Of a stretch of DNA of 64,000 nucleotides, positions 26,386-39,500 are shown piece by piece. Position numbers and translations under genes: made by a program. Positions within the stretch are counted from its first letter, which is position 1. Each line of letters opens with the position of its first letter. Where the stretch lies: contig CM052816.1 of assembly GCA_028534125.1 (NCBI GenBank), positions 82,276,001 through 82,340,000 on the forward strand, in the 5' to 3' direction. The stretch is from Lama glama (taxonomy: Eukaryota). A model generated the notes under the pieces. It searched no databases, had not been told where the DNA came from, and saw only the letters and a list, made by a program, of their open reading frames with translations.

Positions 26386-29300
26386 TTTTCATTTCCTTCC
26401 ACTATTTTTTTTCATACCCTGAGATGTAGAGCACTTGTCTCCAACAGATGTACTCAGGATTTACTCACGAATCCATACTAACACATAATCCAGAAAAGCA
26501 GATGCTGATGATGTGAATTCCTTTTAAGCCTACTCCTTGATTTCCTTCAGCTCTCCTGTCCCCCTGGACTCCACAGAAGAACCGGTGCTTTCTTTGCTGC
26601 TCTAACAGTGGAATTAGATGTTCAGTATGTTGACGCTGGTGCCAAATATCCTGGTGGTGAGCTCTATTTTTCTCAACTTTTTCTCATAATGCAACCAAGG
26701 AAACTTGTGAAAAAAATGTTTATGGCTTAATGATTTAATTTAAATAACTAATTCAAAGAGGAAGTGGTTTTGACAACACAAAAGTTAAACAGGAGATAGG
26801 AAAGTCATACTCATCTTAAAACTCCAATGTTTGTCCACATCTATTTTTCTTTCTAATGTTAATTCTGGTTAATATCCTGAAACCTGTAGGAAGTCTTGTG
26901 CAAGATTTGGAGCATAAATGTGCTAAATTCAGCTTTTTAACAGGTGTTGTGGGTGATTTTAAAATTATCTTTTATTTGTATGAATATTTATACACATATA
27001 TTCCTATTCAGAATGTGCATGCATGACTTTCTATAACCCGGCTTAAATGGAAAATACTTACCGCTCTAGAATGTTTACCCCTCAGTAACTTGACACATAA
27101 TTGTGGTGAGTCAAACATGACTGGTATAAAATTATGCTCTGGTATTTTCTTAGTTGATTTTGGTCACAGGAGGCTGAGGAATCGATCTGTCATCACAAGC
27201 AGAGCTGCATGCAATGGTCTCTGTTGTCTGCGGGCTGTCCCTTCTCTCCCATCCTCCCGGCCTCACGTTTGGCTGGCTTCTCTTTCTAACTCCTGGTGGA
27301 CACTCGCCTCATCCAGCTTGCTATGTTTTGCATTCAGATAGATATGTCCCATGATGCCGTGTGTACGGACTGGTTAACAGTGATTCGTGATACTTATTGA
27401 GCACCCATCACGTGCTAGATGCTATAATACTGCCTGTGTGATTGGGTCCAGCTGTGAGCACAGTACAGCAAGACAGGCTGACAGACTGGATATTTTTCTA
27501 GCTTTAATTTCTGAGACAGAGATGGAACAATGGCCCATTTGCCCCTTCTCTGTGCAGAGCATCTAAGTTTATTCTGTATTGTGTTCCCTGTATGCCAACT
27601 GACAATCTGAAGATAATATCACTTAGTGCTTGAAGCTAGAAATCCTTATTTGTTCTGATATTATATAATTTATGTTTGTAATTTCAGGCAGGTACAAATT
27701 TCTCAGAGTGTATGGTGCTTCTTGTATGAATATTCAGCAAATTCGTCTCAGCTTTTTTAAAACTAGAGCTTAAAAATGCCAACGACGACCCTCGGCTCGA
27801 TAACCACAGACAGTAATGACACCTCTAAGTAGCTAATGCAGGCGTGTAATATCCTCATAGCCCTGATTTAACTTTATTTACAGATTAAAATTGAATTGCA
27901 GTTGATTTATTGATATAATAGGCAGAAAGTGATTATCAAGCATCCGTCACTGATGGAGGAAAACCAATCAAATTATGCTCCAAGGTTTGCTTTAACCTAA
28001 CCTAACTCATCACCTTATAAAACTCAGAGGATTTGAGTCATACGCTCTCACTAAAGTCAATGAGCCACAACTCCCATAAACTCATATCTGCTCCTTTCAA
28101 GGCATTCAGGAGTTATACTAATTTGCACAACTGCAGGTTGTTATAAAAGGAAATGGCAAAGGGCTAGAGATTTAGCGTCTGCACTTCCTCACTATGCTTG
28201 CAGCCATGGGAATATTATTCTTTAATGTTTGTTGCGAATCCATGAAGGACTTGGTGCTGTGCTGTCGGCGAGATGGTGTCACCCTGTGCTGGAGAGATGT
28301 GGGGAGTAGAGGTTGGTGGTGCCTTCGACAGTGACAAGCAGATTAGGAAAGGTGTCTCTTTGAAGGGAGAACTGGGGTCAGTCTTCGTTTTGGAAAACAA
28401 TAGACACCTTGATTAGAAGCTCACTTTGGTCTTAGACATTTGTGTCTCTCCTCTGGAGAAGTGGAAAAGGGACTGGGTGGAGAAGATACAGTGGGGCAGA
28501 TTCCTCACCCCATTGCCAGTGGCTAGGCAGGGTGCCTAGGGGACTGTGGTCTAATGAGGATGGCCCCAGATGAGTTTCCTTCCATCCTGACCACTAAAAG
28601 CTGGCAAAACAGAGTTTTAAAAAATCCAATGCCAGCATATTTCAGAGAGTGACTGAGTCATGTAGAACAGACAGCTGTCGGCAGCACTCACTCTATGACT
28701 TGGAGCTTTCTTGAGCAGAAGGCTTTATGTTTACGTCCTTGCATATTATAGCTCTGGAGGTACTTTTTTTTTTTTTAAATCTCTCCTTATAGGAAGCATC
28801 ATGTGAAACTTTAAGATATAATCTTAACATTTTCCCTCATCTGTGTTACTGCTGGTGGCTTCCTAGGTCTAAGATGTACGATATTGCTGTTGTCAGTAAG
28901 TACTGTTTTAATTTCACCTGAGCTCTAAGGAGGTTTGGAGAAAGGACATACTTATTAGAAACCCAAGGCCATATGATGGCAGACTCAAGCTCATTTTTAT
29001 TGCACTGTTCATTTTTGCCTGTTGTGTGGTAGGTATATTGTCAATTCTTAAGACATTCATCTATACTTTAGAAAGTGGGATTCCTTTTGAATTGTTCTTA
29101 ACATCATGTCCTCCAAATCTGGTAGATAGCATTCACTGACTTTGAAGAATATTTCTGGTGTACAGAAGTGCCAAAAGCTATGGAGAAAGATGAGCTACTT
29201 CCTAAATTATAAAATGGCACATAATCATTTATTCTCCCATCTAATATTGCTGACCCTACATGACAAACTTTTTTCTTAATGAGTATGTTTTATACTCACA

Positions 29301-29512
29301 TGTAACCTTGTTCATCCTCTGCCATGTTATGCATATTTACTTTCCATATACAGTATCCAAATATGCATAATGTAAAGAAAAGACACAATGATATGATGTG
29401 ATTTGGACATTTTCAAGAATTTCCGAGTTGGGAGTGGGGGTGCAGAGAAAACCTAGTTTGTCTCCTTTCATTTGTAGAAGAATGCTATTCATGTAGGAGG
29501 AGACATAAGATT

Positions 29513-29887
29513 TGTGTTAGCTCAGGCTGCTACAACAAAATACCATAAATTAGTTGGCTTAAGTAACAGACATTTATTTCTCACAGTTCTGCAGGCTGGA
29601 AAATCTAAGATCAGGGTACCAGCATGGTCAGGTTCGTGGTGAGAGCCCTTTTCTTGCCTTGTAAATGGTCACCTTCTCTCTGTCCTCACATGGGGGAGAG
29701 AAAGCAAGCTCTATTCTCTTCCTCTTCTTTTAAGGGCACAAATCCTGTCATGGGGGCTCCACCCTCACAGCCTCTCATAAAGGCAATCACTTTGCAAAGA
29801 CCCCATCTGCAAATGCCTTGATGTTGGAGGTTAGAGCTTCTGTATATAAATTCTGATGAGACACAAGCAAGCATTCAGTCCATAACA
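29513..29887 (-). mobile_element. MLT1A0-type MaLR LTR
   Basis: TGTGTTAGCTCAGGCTGCTACAACAAAATACCAT...ATTTATTTCTCACAGTTCTGCAGGCTGG...CATTCAGTCCATAACA. Confidence 0.9.
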
Positions 29888-30837
29888 AAACTTAGTAGAG
29901 AGAAAGCTGCTGTTCTCAAAATATTTTCATTAAAATTGGAACCTGTGTGTAGAGCATCCAGCCCGTGCCCGCATATAGCTTTAAGCACAGTTCTTCTTAG
30001 TCCCTAATCCCTTCATCCTTTTTCAATTAAATGTATTGCCCATTAAGAAATATGACATGCCTCTAGAGGGGTGTTCTCTCCTGTTATATCCTGTGGGTTT
30101 TCCTTTGTTTTCATGCTCGTTCTCACACCACAAATCTCTGTTTTCATTCTTTTTGCTGGAAAATCTGTGCCATTTATCATTTCAACATCTGCCCTTACAG
30201 CTTGTCCCTGCCACCTCTCATCACACATTTCTTCGTGGCCCCTTTAGGACCTGGAATTGTCTGTGAGCTGCCATGGTTCTCGCTGTAACACTGCCACTGA
30301 CATCTAGAGCACTCTCAACCAACACCGGCAGCACTTAATCTTGGGAATTTAGAAGACACAAAAAGTACTGTGGGACATAAGATGCTCTATGTTAATTTGC
30401 ATTTAAAAGATACTGGTTCTTTCTCAGTTTTACTTTGGGATGCTATGCAGCAATTTGTTTATTTAGAGGTACCTACATTTCATAGCTTGCAAAATATTTC
30501 ATTAAGAGATAGTATGAACTTTGATAATTTTTTTTTTTTTACTGTGAGAATGTGGTAGTCAGTTTATCTTAAAAGAAAAGTGGAGATCTAGCTTTAAATG
30601 CTATTATATGTGCATGCTTGCTAGGATTTTAACTTTGGTGCTGTGCTTTCACAGATTACCATGCCTCAGGGGACCCGGGGAGCATTACACACAGGCCATT
30701 GACAAGATAAACCATGCATGCTTTGTAGGCATGCACACCAAATACTCATATGAAAAAGCACTTGCTCTGTGTATTCAGTGACTGCGTTGTAAGCACCAGT
30801 GCTTCAACTGCTTCTTGAGAAACACACTTCATATTCT

Positions 30838-31420
30838 GTTTCATTCAACTAATACTTTATTTAGCCACTAATATAATTCATTTGTTGTTATAAGTCTTAG
30901 AAATATAAAGATGAATATAATGCACTCCGGCCCTCAAGAAGTTTATGGTTTAGGGATGAGAAAAGCATCCACAGAGCAGATATAGTACAGTGAGATAAGT
31001 ATTAGCCAATTGATACATGTGAAAGGACATTTATGTCGCACTAGGAAGAGTGAGTTAATTATGTTAGTGGGAAAGGTAGGAGGAGGGGGCCTCCCATAAA
31101 GAGACCAGCATTGATGACCAGCGTGGTTCGGAGGCAGGGATGAGAGAGCTTGGGATTTCAGACCCATCTCCAGAGTTCCAGGGAGCTGTGGGCTGGAAAT
31201 AGAAATTTGCAGAATTATTGGCTTTTGGTAGTTGCTGAAGCCATGAGAGGACATAATTGAAGGAAAGAATGTAGCGAAAGGGAGGAAGCCCCCAATAATA
31301 ATGAGTAATTGGAGGAAGAGAAGATAGTGAAGGGGACTAACAGAGAAATCCAAGTAGATTCAAAGTGAGAACAGAGATGCTGAAGCTAAGGGAAGAGCCT
31401 AAAGAAAAAAATTGGTCAAT
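30838..31420 (-). mobile_element. L2 LINE fragment including 3' end
   Basis: TTCATTCAACTAATACTTTATT...GCCCTCAAGAAGTTTATGGTTTAG; downstream GGGCTGGAAATAGAAATTTGCAGAATTATTGGC...GTTGCTGAAGCCATGAGAG. Confidence 0.7.
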
Positions 31421-31539
31421 ATGTATATTCTGGGGAAATGTATCTTAAAAAGTATCTTAAAACATTGGTCCTCCAAGAGTAATTTTTACTTTTATTTTTT
31501 GTTACTGTTGTTAGTTCCGAAACATCCCTGAAAGTATAA

Positions 31540-32035
31540 ATGGTCTCATAAGAGACTTTGTCCCACGGAGATACTGAGTGTCAAATCAATTTTTCCTCTT
31601 AAATGTTCAAGCCTGGCATAATTATAACTTTTTAAGGATGCTGAGATTTGAACTTTTTTTTTGTAAGTCGGCCTAGGGTTAGCCCTGACTGCATTGAGAT
31701 CTGTATGAATCAGTTTTGGCACCCTTCCTTTATCCCCAGCCAAATTCTAGAAAAGATGGTCTGCTGGTACTTAAAAGAGAAAGTGCTAATAACTCACAGC
31801 CAAAGTGAAATTGCTCAGCATGGTCTTGCCAAATCCCTCTTTTGAGTTTGATCGGGTGGTTACGCTGCAGCTCAGGAATTTCAGGGAGCTGCTTTCCCAC
31901 AGAGGCCAGTACAATTAGGTGAGTCTTAGGTGATTAAGGAACAAGCGTTGACCAAGTGATCATTGCATATCTGGAGGGAGGCCCCTGACCCTGCCCTGTT
32001 CAATACTTTCATCAGCAATTTGGCTGAAGTCCTAG
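31540..32035 (+). mobile_element. CR1/L3 LINE reverse-transcriptase fossil
   Basis: Translated pieces 'SFIPSQILEKMVCWYLKEKVLITHSQ' and 'PDPALFNTFISNLAE' resemble the CR1 RT motifs SIPGKILE..I..HLE...I..SQHGF and GPVLFNIFINDL, in the correct order. Confidence 0.7.
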
Positions 32036-35000
32036 GGAATAAACCAATGGAGAGAAGCCACAGGGAGGCGGATATTGGTTCTGTAAAAGGTAGCACTTTC
32101 TCAGAGTCACAGTTGTTCAAAATTGGTTTGGGTCTGTTGATAGCAGAGAGCTCTTGATTACTGGAAATGTTGAGTGCTATAAAGCCCTGCATGTTTTCGA
32201 GTCATTTTCTGCTCCTGGAAGGGATTAGATTAGGTGAGCACTGCTTTCTTTTTCAAGTCTCAGATTTCCTGTTCTAAGGACATTCTCTATGTCTCTAAGT
32301 CTCGGTGTGCTTTCCTTACAAAAATAATGAAACAAGAAGCTTGCTGTAGAACTGACTTTCCCTTTGACCTCTTCCCCCTAACTCAGGTTGCCCCCCACAC
32401 TTTTTTCTCCTTTAAGCCTGGCTCTCTGAAGCAATTATAAAGCACAGAGCACATTCCTGAAGAATTGTAGGAGAAGGTCTGTGGCATATTTAGCACTTCT
32501 TTTCACTTATTATCTGCAGCAGATTATATCTCTGTGGCTCAACCTTTCTTTATCATTGAAGAAAAAAAATTGTTTTTTAAGCTCTGGAAGGCAGGCAAAT
32601 GTTAAGTAAATCATGTATGCAGAGGGCTGAAACAGTGTCCTAGAAGTGATTCTTCTTAAGGTCAGGGACACAGGTTTGTTTTGTCTCACTTCCTTCCAGA
32701 ATGTGTGGCAAGGGCGCAACTACCATTTGGTAGCATCGGATCATAACCTACACACTCCCACATTGTCAGGCTTTGAACTGTCTGCATTAGGGCCACTAAT
32801 TTACTTCACTCCACACCAATTAGTTAAATCAACTATGGATCTAAATATATGCTTGCTCCTTTTGCGAAAAAAAAAAATCCCTATTTCCTGACAGTCCCCA
32901 TGCTTCTCACATGATACATTTAGGGAAATATACTCATGCCAAGCTTCTGTACAAGAACTCCACTTAAGAATTTCAGACGTTCTTGGGTTCAGCAAATCAG
33001 AATACAGTTCTTTCCTTTTCAGTTACGTATTCAGGAAACCAAATTAAGCTAAATAATCGTGTAATTATTGTGACAATTTGGAATCACTAAATGCAGAAGT
33101 TTATACTTGGCTGGTTGCCAGGGTTGTCTCTATCTCTTTTCTGACGTGAATTTCTTGCAGAAGAGAATCATTGAAGAACCACACGAATTTTACAGGAATT
33201 CCATCGGTATAATCTATTTCCGTCTCCCTTATTTTCCTTCCAGGTGCCTATAAAATGGCTCAGTCTATTACCCCTTTAATCTACACGCTGTTTGTGGCAA
33301 CCACATTGACATTGTCATTTGCGCTAAGTATTTGAAAAATTGGTGGCAAAACAACTTTCTTGAAAGGCAGAACAAAAGAATTAGGAGGTTTAGAGGTCAG
33401 GCATCTTCTAATACCTTATACAATTGACAGTGATTTGTTCCCATCATAGCTCTTCTCTGACCTGTTAGTGAAGGGCAAAATTCTAAAGAAATGTTTAATT
33501 AGCATGTGCATTTAGTATAACAAAAGCTCTTGTCTTAAAATGCAGGCTATATGGAGAGGCAGTCCATGAAATAGGCAAGTATTTACCTCCTCCTGTAATT
33601 ACGGAGGCTTTTTGTACTAGCATCCTTCATCTTATTAACATCACGGTAGGATGGTATCTCTGACTGGTACTTGCAGGCGCCTATCGGCTCTGCTCCTGGG
33701 GAGACTTTTCAAAGAGGTTCAGGGCTTCAAACGCTATTTGCTCCTTCCAGTGAACTTTGCAATGTTCCATCATTTAAAAAAAAAAATAAAAGGTCCAATT
33801 TACGGAACAGAAACGTTTCACTGATTGAGAGTCCTGGATTTGCTACTTTTAAAACCACTTGGGCTTTACTTAATAAATATAAGGCTTGTGCAGACATTTT
33901 TGCATATGTTGACGTCTTATAAAAATCTCCATCAAATGTTTTATGTCAGCTCGGACCAGAACTTAGACTCTGTCTATAACCATCAAGCTCTCTCATAAAA
34001 ATAATCTTTTAAATATGCAAACTATTTGGTTTTGTTTCTTTTGTTTGCTTTTTAACAAAATTGTGGATCTCTTTAAGTTGGTATATCATCAATGTATCTG
34101 TAAATTAAATGATTCTTTAACTATTTGAATGATGTGAAATTAAAAAAAGATACTCTCAAAGATTGAGTTTTTTTTTTTTTGCTCTGAAATATGGTCAAAG
34201 GAGTTTAGAAATTTTCTCACTGTGAAAACTGACTTTCTAAGTACAGTTTGTGGCATCAGTTTGAAATGAGGTACTACTGACATAGTTACACTATGATTTA
34301 GATAAAAATCATACTATTGAACAAGGAGGGAGCTTGGGCCTGAGTTACATTTGATTATTTACATTAATTAAACAACTAGAGCACTTTAAAATTCGGTGAT
34401 TTTATAGCTAAGTATGAAGTTTTTATTGCATTAAATTATTATATTTTTCTGCTTCACAGGAAAGTGTAGCCCGAGTTTTACTCACAGTTTAATTGATCTG
34501 GGATATTAGCCTTGACAGGTGGATTTCTGGCAATGAATACTTACCCAAGGACCCAACCAATGTGTGATTCAAGCATAGTGAGACAGTACAATAAAAGTGA
34601 CCTATTTAAAAAAACTTCATTCTTTTTTTCATTATAAAACATATATTTTTGAAGGGCATAGACAAGTGTCCCTTATCACACCATGAAACACCATAGACAC
34701 ATTTCCATTTTTCCTTAAAGTTAAAACTTTTCTAGAAATCAAAGAATTAAATTACTCAGTTCATTCACAATAGCCCTTTTCCTCTAGAAGGCTTTTCAAT
34801 TAAAACACTTTCTATAGACCTCTGAGTGGATAGTACAGGTAGAAGACAATTTGACAGAAGCAAAAGAACCACCCAGTTTTAAGAAAGACTCAGAGCAGCT
34901 GCTTAAGCATGAAAGTGCTGGAGGTCCCGATGGGCACATGAAGGGCACGGGAGCTGTAGACAAGGTTAAGGGAGTTCTACTAAGGGATTACTGCATTCTC

Positions 35001-36747
35001 TGCCCACTGAGGCTTTCCTTACCCTGTGTGATAGTCGATTATCCCTTAATTTATCCTCTGCTCAAATAGCTTCATTAGTCTTTATTTTCTGATTATGTAT
35101 ATTTGTTCCATTTGGCAGTCACTAAGGAGATGGAGAAACAACTAGGTCATGAGATCCAATATTGTTACCAGCAGTAGTTAATTGAACCTGACATAACAGA
35201 ATTGGGAATGTAGACATTTGAAGACAAACTCATCAGCTGTAAAAAGGTGAGAGATGTTGCAAAAAATGGCACATACAGATACAGCAGCTATGTAGCAAAG
35301 TCTGTAGTAGTCACGGCTTGAGCAAACCTGGTTATGCAGAAGGGGTGAGTGGAAAAGCATGAGCAGGCTTAGGAAGAGCTCATCTCAGAAAGCATGGAGG
35401 GTGTGAGTGCATCACTGAATTCTTAATTCCATCCTTAATTAATTTTTCTCGTATAACGTCTTTTCTCTTAAGTATGTGTATGGGAGATATTGAGCTAGAG
35501 TTAGTTGAAAAATTTAGAAAATGTTGCACTGAGATATTTTATATTTCAACTTTTTTTTATTATATCATATAATACTCCAACTTTGATAATTAGATTGTAA
35601 TCAAAGGAAGATTATATTGTAGTGACATGTACTGATATCCCCAAAGATATCATAGTTCTGTGTACAGGTGATCAGTATATGCCGAGTGAATTAAACTTCA
35701 AAATTTTAGAGAGTTTTGCATCATCATTATTTAATCAGTTAGCAGTGTATAATGTTAGAGGAAGCATTTGAGTTTCTTGAGGGTTTCTTTGGAATCTTAC
35801 TAAATTATAGCTATAAGTTCAAAGAGCTTCAAGTTATACTTTTAACACAATCCTGGAATAAAAAATACAAATACCAAGTAATATTAGAGCTTTATTTCTC
35901 CTCTGGTACAACAAAATATGAATAGTAAGGCTAGTTTTACATTAATTAAGTGATATTCTTGGAATTTAGTTTTGGTTTCCTTTCTTAGTTTCATGCACAC
36001 TCACAGCTGCCATTATGCTTGATGCTGTATTGTTGTCATATGGATTCCATAGTGAGCTTTGCAGTAGTTGAGTTGTTGATTAGTGTTTGTATTTGTTTAT
36101 TTCTGTGGTCTAGCAGTTGTTCCACTCAGAGGGGATAATGTGTTGCAGTGCATGCTGGGAGCAAAAGGAGTTCAAGCTTAGGGAGAGGGAGTTGTCGGGA
36201 AACAGAAGGAGGCCAAAAACTTCAGTCCCCTGGGAAAGGGGGTATAGCCCGGTGATGCAGAATCAGTTCAGTTGTAAACTAGGCATTAAGACCTCGGGAA
36301 TATTTGATTTGAAAAGAGGGTATAAGCTCTACTTTGGACTGCTAGAGTAAAGATAACTCATGTGCTGGATGAAAAAGTAGATTCTTTCAGGAATTTTGTT
36401 TGAAATGAAGCAGTGACACAGCCTGAGTCCTTCCTGTAGATAGTAAAACAAATTACAAACATGGCTTCAAATACCTGACTATGACAGAATAAGGCTCCCA
36501 TAGTTTTAATCAGTCCCTGGATGTGTCAGAAAAACTATCAGTGCTCAAAAGTTCCAGATAGAATAGAACCACAGAGAGGATTTAGACATCTTGGAATTAT
36601 TTAAAAGGAGGTCACTGCTTGGTACCACCATGGTGGTTTCAACGTGATAGTTTCTACAGAGTAAACTAAAATCGTAGCTATTTAAAAAATCATTTAGTAT
36701 AACCAGTTTCATTCCTTTTTTCTAGTCGAATTCATTTACACTTAATC

Positions 36748-36869
36748 TGGGTTGCCAGATTGAATATGGGATACTTAATCAAATTTGAATTTCAGATAAA
36801 GAATGAATTTTACTTTAACATAAGTATGTCCCAACTATTGCATAAAACATACTTATACTAAAAAATTAT
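36748..36869. mobile_element. MER53 palindromic MITE (partial)
   Basis: GGGTTGCCAGATTGAATATGGGA...AAATTTGAATTTCAGATAAA...ATAAGTATGTCCCAACTATTGCATAAAACATACTTATACTAAAAAATTAT. Confidence 0.85.
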
Positions 36870-37479
36870 GCTTTTTGGCAGGTAAATAATTGGGTAATAA
36901 ATACCCTGAATCTTTCAGATTTCAGAATATCTCCCAGTTGCCTTTTTGAGGTAAGGTGTAGGTAGTTTAGCTAGCATAAAATTAATCAGTAAAATACTTG
37001 TTTTTGAAATTGAAGGTTTTGTACATTTAATTACATTCTGGCATTTATTCTGGCAGAGGAGAAGGTTGAGGCTAGCATTATTTTAATTATTTTCCTTCTG
37101 GACTGCTTCTTGAATTACTTATTTATCCTTGAAATTTAAGTTTTCATTGGGGTATTTCTTGTTGTTGACTTCTGTTTTTAAGATTGTCTAGGCAAAAATT
37201 CAGCATTTTGTTTCGTTCTAATCTGGAATGTTTCTGTCTATGTCTTTGGCTTTCATGTCTGAATTGTTTATTCTTACAACGTCTGTGAAGAAGTATATTA
37301 TTTTCAGTTTGCAAATCTGTCTTCTCTCCTCTCCATGCCTGTTATCTTCCTTCTCGTTTCTTGACTCCATTTAGTTTTTTCCTCCTAATTCTTGTTTTTT
37401 TCTTATGCTATTGATTTAATATATTTTTGCCTTTTTATATGTACTTTTGTCGTTTCTGTAATTGATTTCTTTTCTTATA

Positions 37480-37684
37480 CTTTTTTTTGAAGTGTTGTTG
37501 ATTTACCATGGTAGTTTCAGGTGTACAACAAAGTGACTCAGTTATACATATACATACATATATAACATGTATTTTCAGATTTTTCCGTAATAGTTTATTA
37601 CAAGGAATTGAATATAGTTCACTGTGCTATACAGTAGGTCCTTGATCCTTATCTATTTTATATATAGTAATGCATATCTGTTAA
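37480..37684 (-). mobile_element. L1 3' end (artiodactyl-type) within older T-rich L1-like sequence
   Basis: TTTTTTTGAAGTGTTGTTGATTTAC...GTTTCAGGTGTACAACAAAGTGACTCAGTTATACATATAC...GAATATAGTTCACTGTGCTATACAGTAGGTCC. Confidence 0.85.
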
Positions 37685-39369
37685 GTGATTACTTGTGTTT
37701 ATTTTATTTTTATATTATTGAACACTATTTTATGAATATTTTTATATAATGAAAGTTATTTTTTCATTTGTGTTGGGAGTTACTGCTTTATATTTTTTTA
37801 AATATTGTAAAATAAATTTATTTCAAGGAAAAATGATCTTCAAGTTCTTTTATTTTCCTGTGTTTATTTTTTATCTTGCAAATGCTTTTCTACTTGGTTA
37901 ATATGACTCATAAGGAAGATATTTCCAAGAATGGTGATATGGCATTGACCTAGTTTACATTTTGGCTATACACTTGGTGTATGAATATTGCTTCAGACAG
38001 TTTAAACAGTTGTTTAAAGCAATTTTGATTTTAGTTCTGTTGACTTACATATTAAAGACATATGGGAAGGGGATTAAAGTCACAGTTCTCTGCTCAAATG
38101 AAACTTAAAGAACAGAGATACTGGTTCAGTTTCCTCCTCAATGCTCATTTCTATTATAGACCAATGGCTGAAAATAAAACAAACAAACAAAAAACTGGGT
38201 TGGATGGTTACAAATTATACTTTCTTGATCAGATCATAGGTACATGAGAGAAAATTCTTTTGTCTTTACTTTTGGATTTTTCAATAAGGGCAAACTAGAT
38301 AAAATACCTTTACTGCCATTTTTCTCTTTTTCTTCATGGTTTAAATTCTGCTGGATTTCATAAAACCTCCCCTTGGCTTCAGAAGTTGAACTAATAGACT
38401 TTCTGAGCTGGAAAGGTTCTCTGACCCTCTTAGCTTTTCCTCCAATGAATCTGTGGCTTCCTATTCTCCTCACTGATCTTTGTCTCTTTTGCAGCCACTG
38501 CATTGTTTATTTACATATTAGAGCTCTGTTCTCCAAAAATAATATGGCAGAGAGTGAAAAACTGAAACAAGGATGCTTGGGTGTGATATTTAAAGCAGGT
38601 TCTAGAGAGAACGGCAGGTGTACCAGGTGTTGCAAGCCATGTTCTAATCCTCACCCCTTTCTCTGTGAAATCTCTTCTGTGAACTGCCTTTCAGATTCCC
38701 ATTGTTTATCCAAAGAATTTCCTCTGCTCGGAATCCCAGTACGCTCCCTTTTTCTGTCTGTAACTGAATGACTTATATGGACTCTGATACTATCTCATTT
38801 CCATCAGAATCTTACTTTATCTTAAATATATGTTGTCACCTATCAACCAGCAGCTCTGCCAGTGACAATGCCACTTTAATGTTCCCAAAGAAGGACTTGT
38901 CTTTTATCTGCTGCTCTTATATCTAGTTCTTTAAGAACTATGTTCTACCTATAGTCTTTGGGGGATTTATTTTTCGAAAACCTGGTAATGATTTATTACG
39001 ATGGCTTCATTGATCTATTTATGGCAGTAACATCCATTTGGAAAGTGGGTTACACCACAAAAAATAGAATGTAAGCTGCCATTCTGTGAGCAAAAACAAA
39101 GGGGTTTGACTTTTAGGACCTAATCATTCTCTATGGCACAGATCTAGCAATTTGATCATGACCCTCTATGGGCAGAAACATAATTACCCAACCTAAGATC
39201 TAAAACATGACTTAATAAGAAATATAGTGCAAAAAGATCTTCCTTTTCAAATCTAATCTACCTCTTCCTTTAGAAGCTCTTAGTTACTTTGAATTTCTTT
39301 CCCCATTTTATTAGTGTATATTTTTAATTGTTGTAAATTAGCCAGGTAAAGTATGATAATCAACCAAAA

Positions 39370-39500
39370 CTGAGTTTTAGTCTCAGTTCTACGACCAAAT
39401 AAAATAGCTAGGTGACATTAAGCTGCATTTCTTAATCTTTCTGGTCCTCAGTTTTCCACATGTGTAAAACAAAGAGGTTAAATTCTAGACATCATCTGAA
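39370..39500 (+). mobile_element. MIR fragment
   Basis: CTGAGTTTTAGTCTCAGTTCTAC...CTTAATCTTTCTGGTCCTCAGTTTTCCACATGTGTAAAA. Confidence 0.65.

Noticed and set aside
38373..38771. 132-aa ORF with an overlapping 89-aa antisense ORF
   Set aside because: TTG start, no recognisable domain or splice structure; lies near degraded L1-like sequence.
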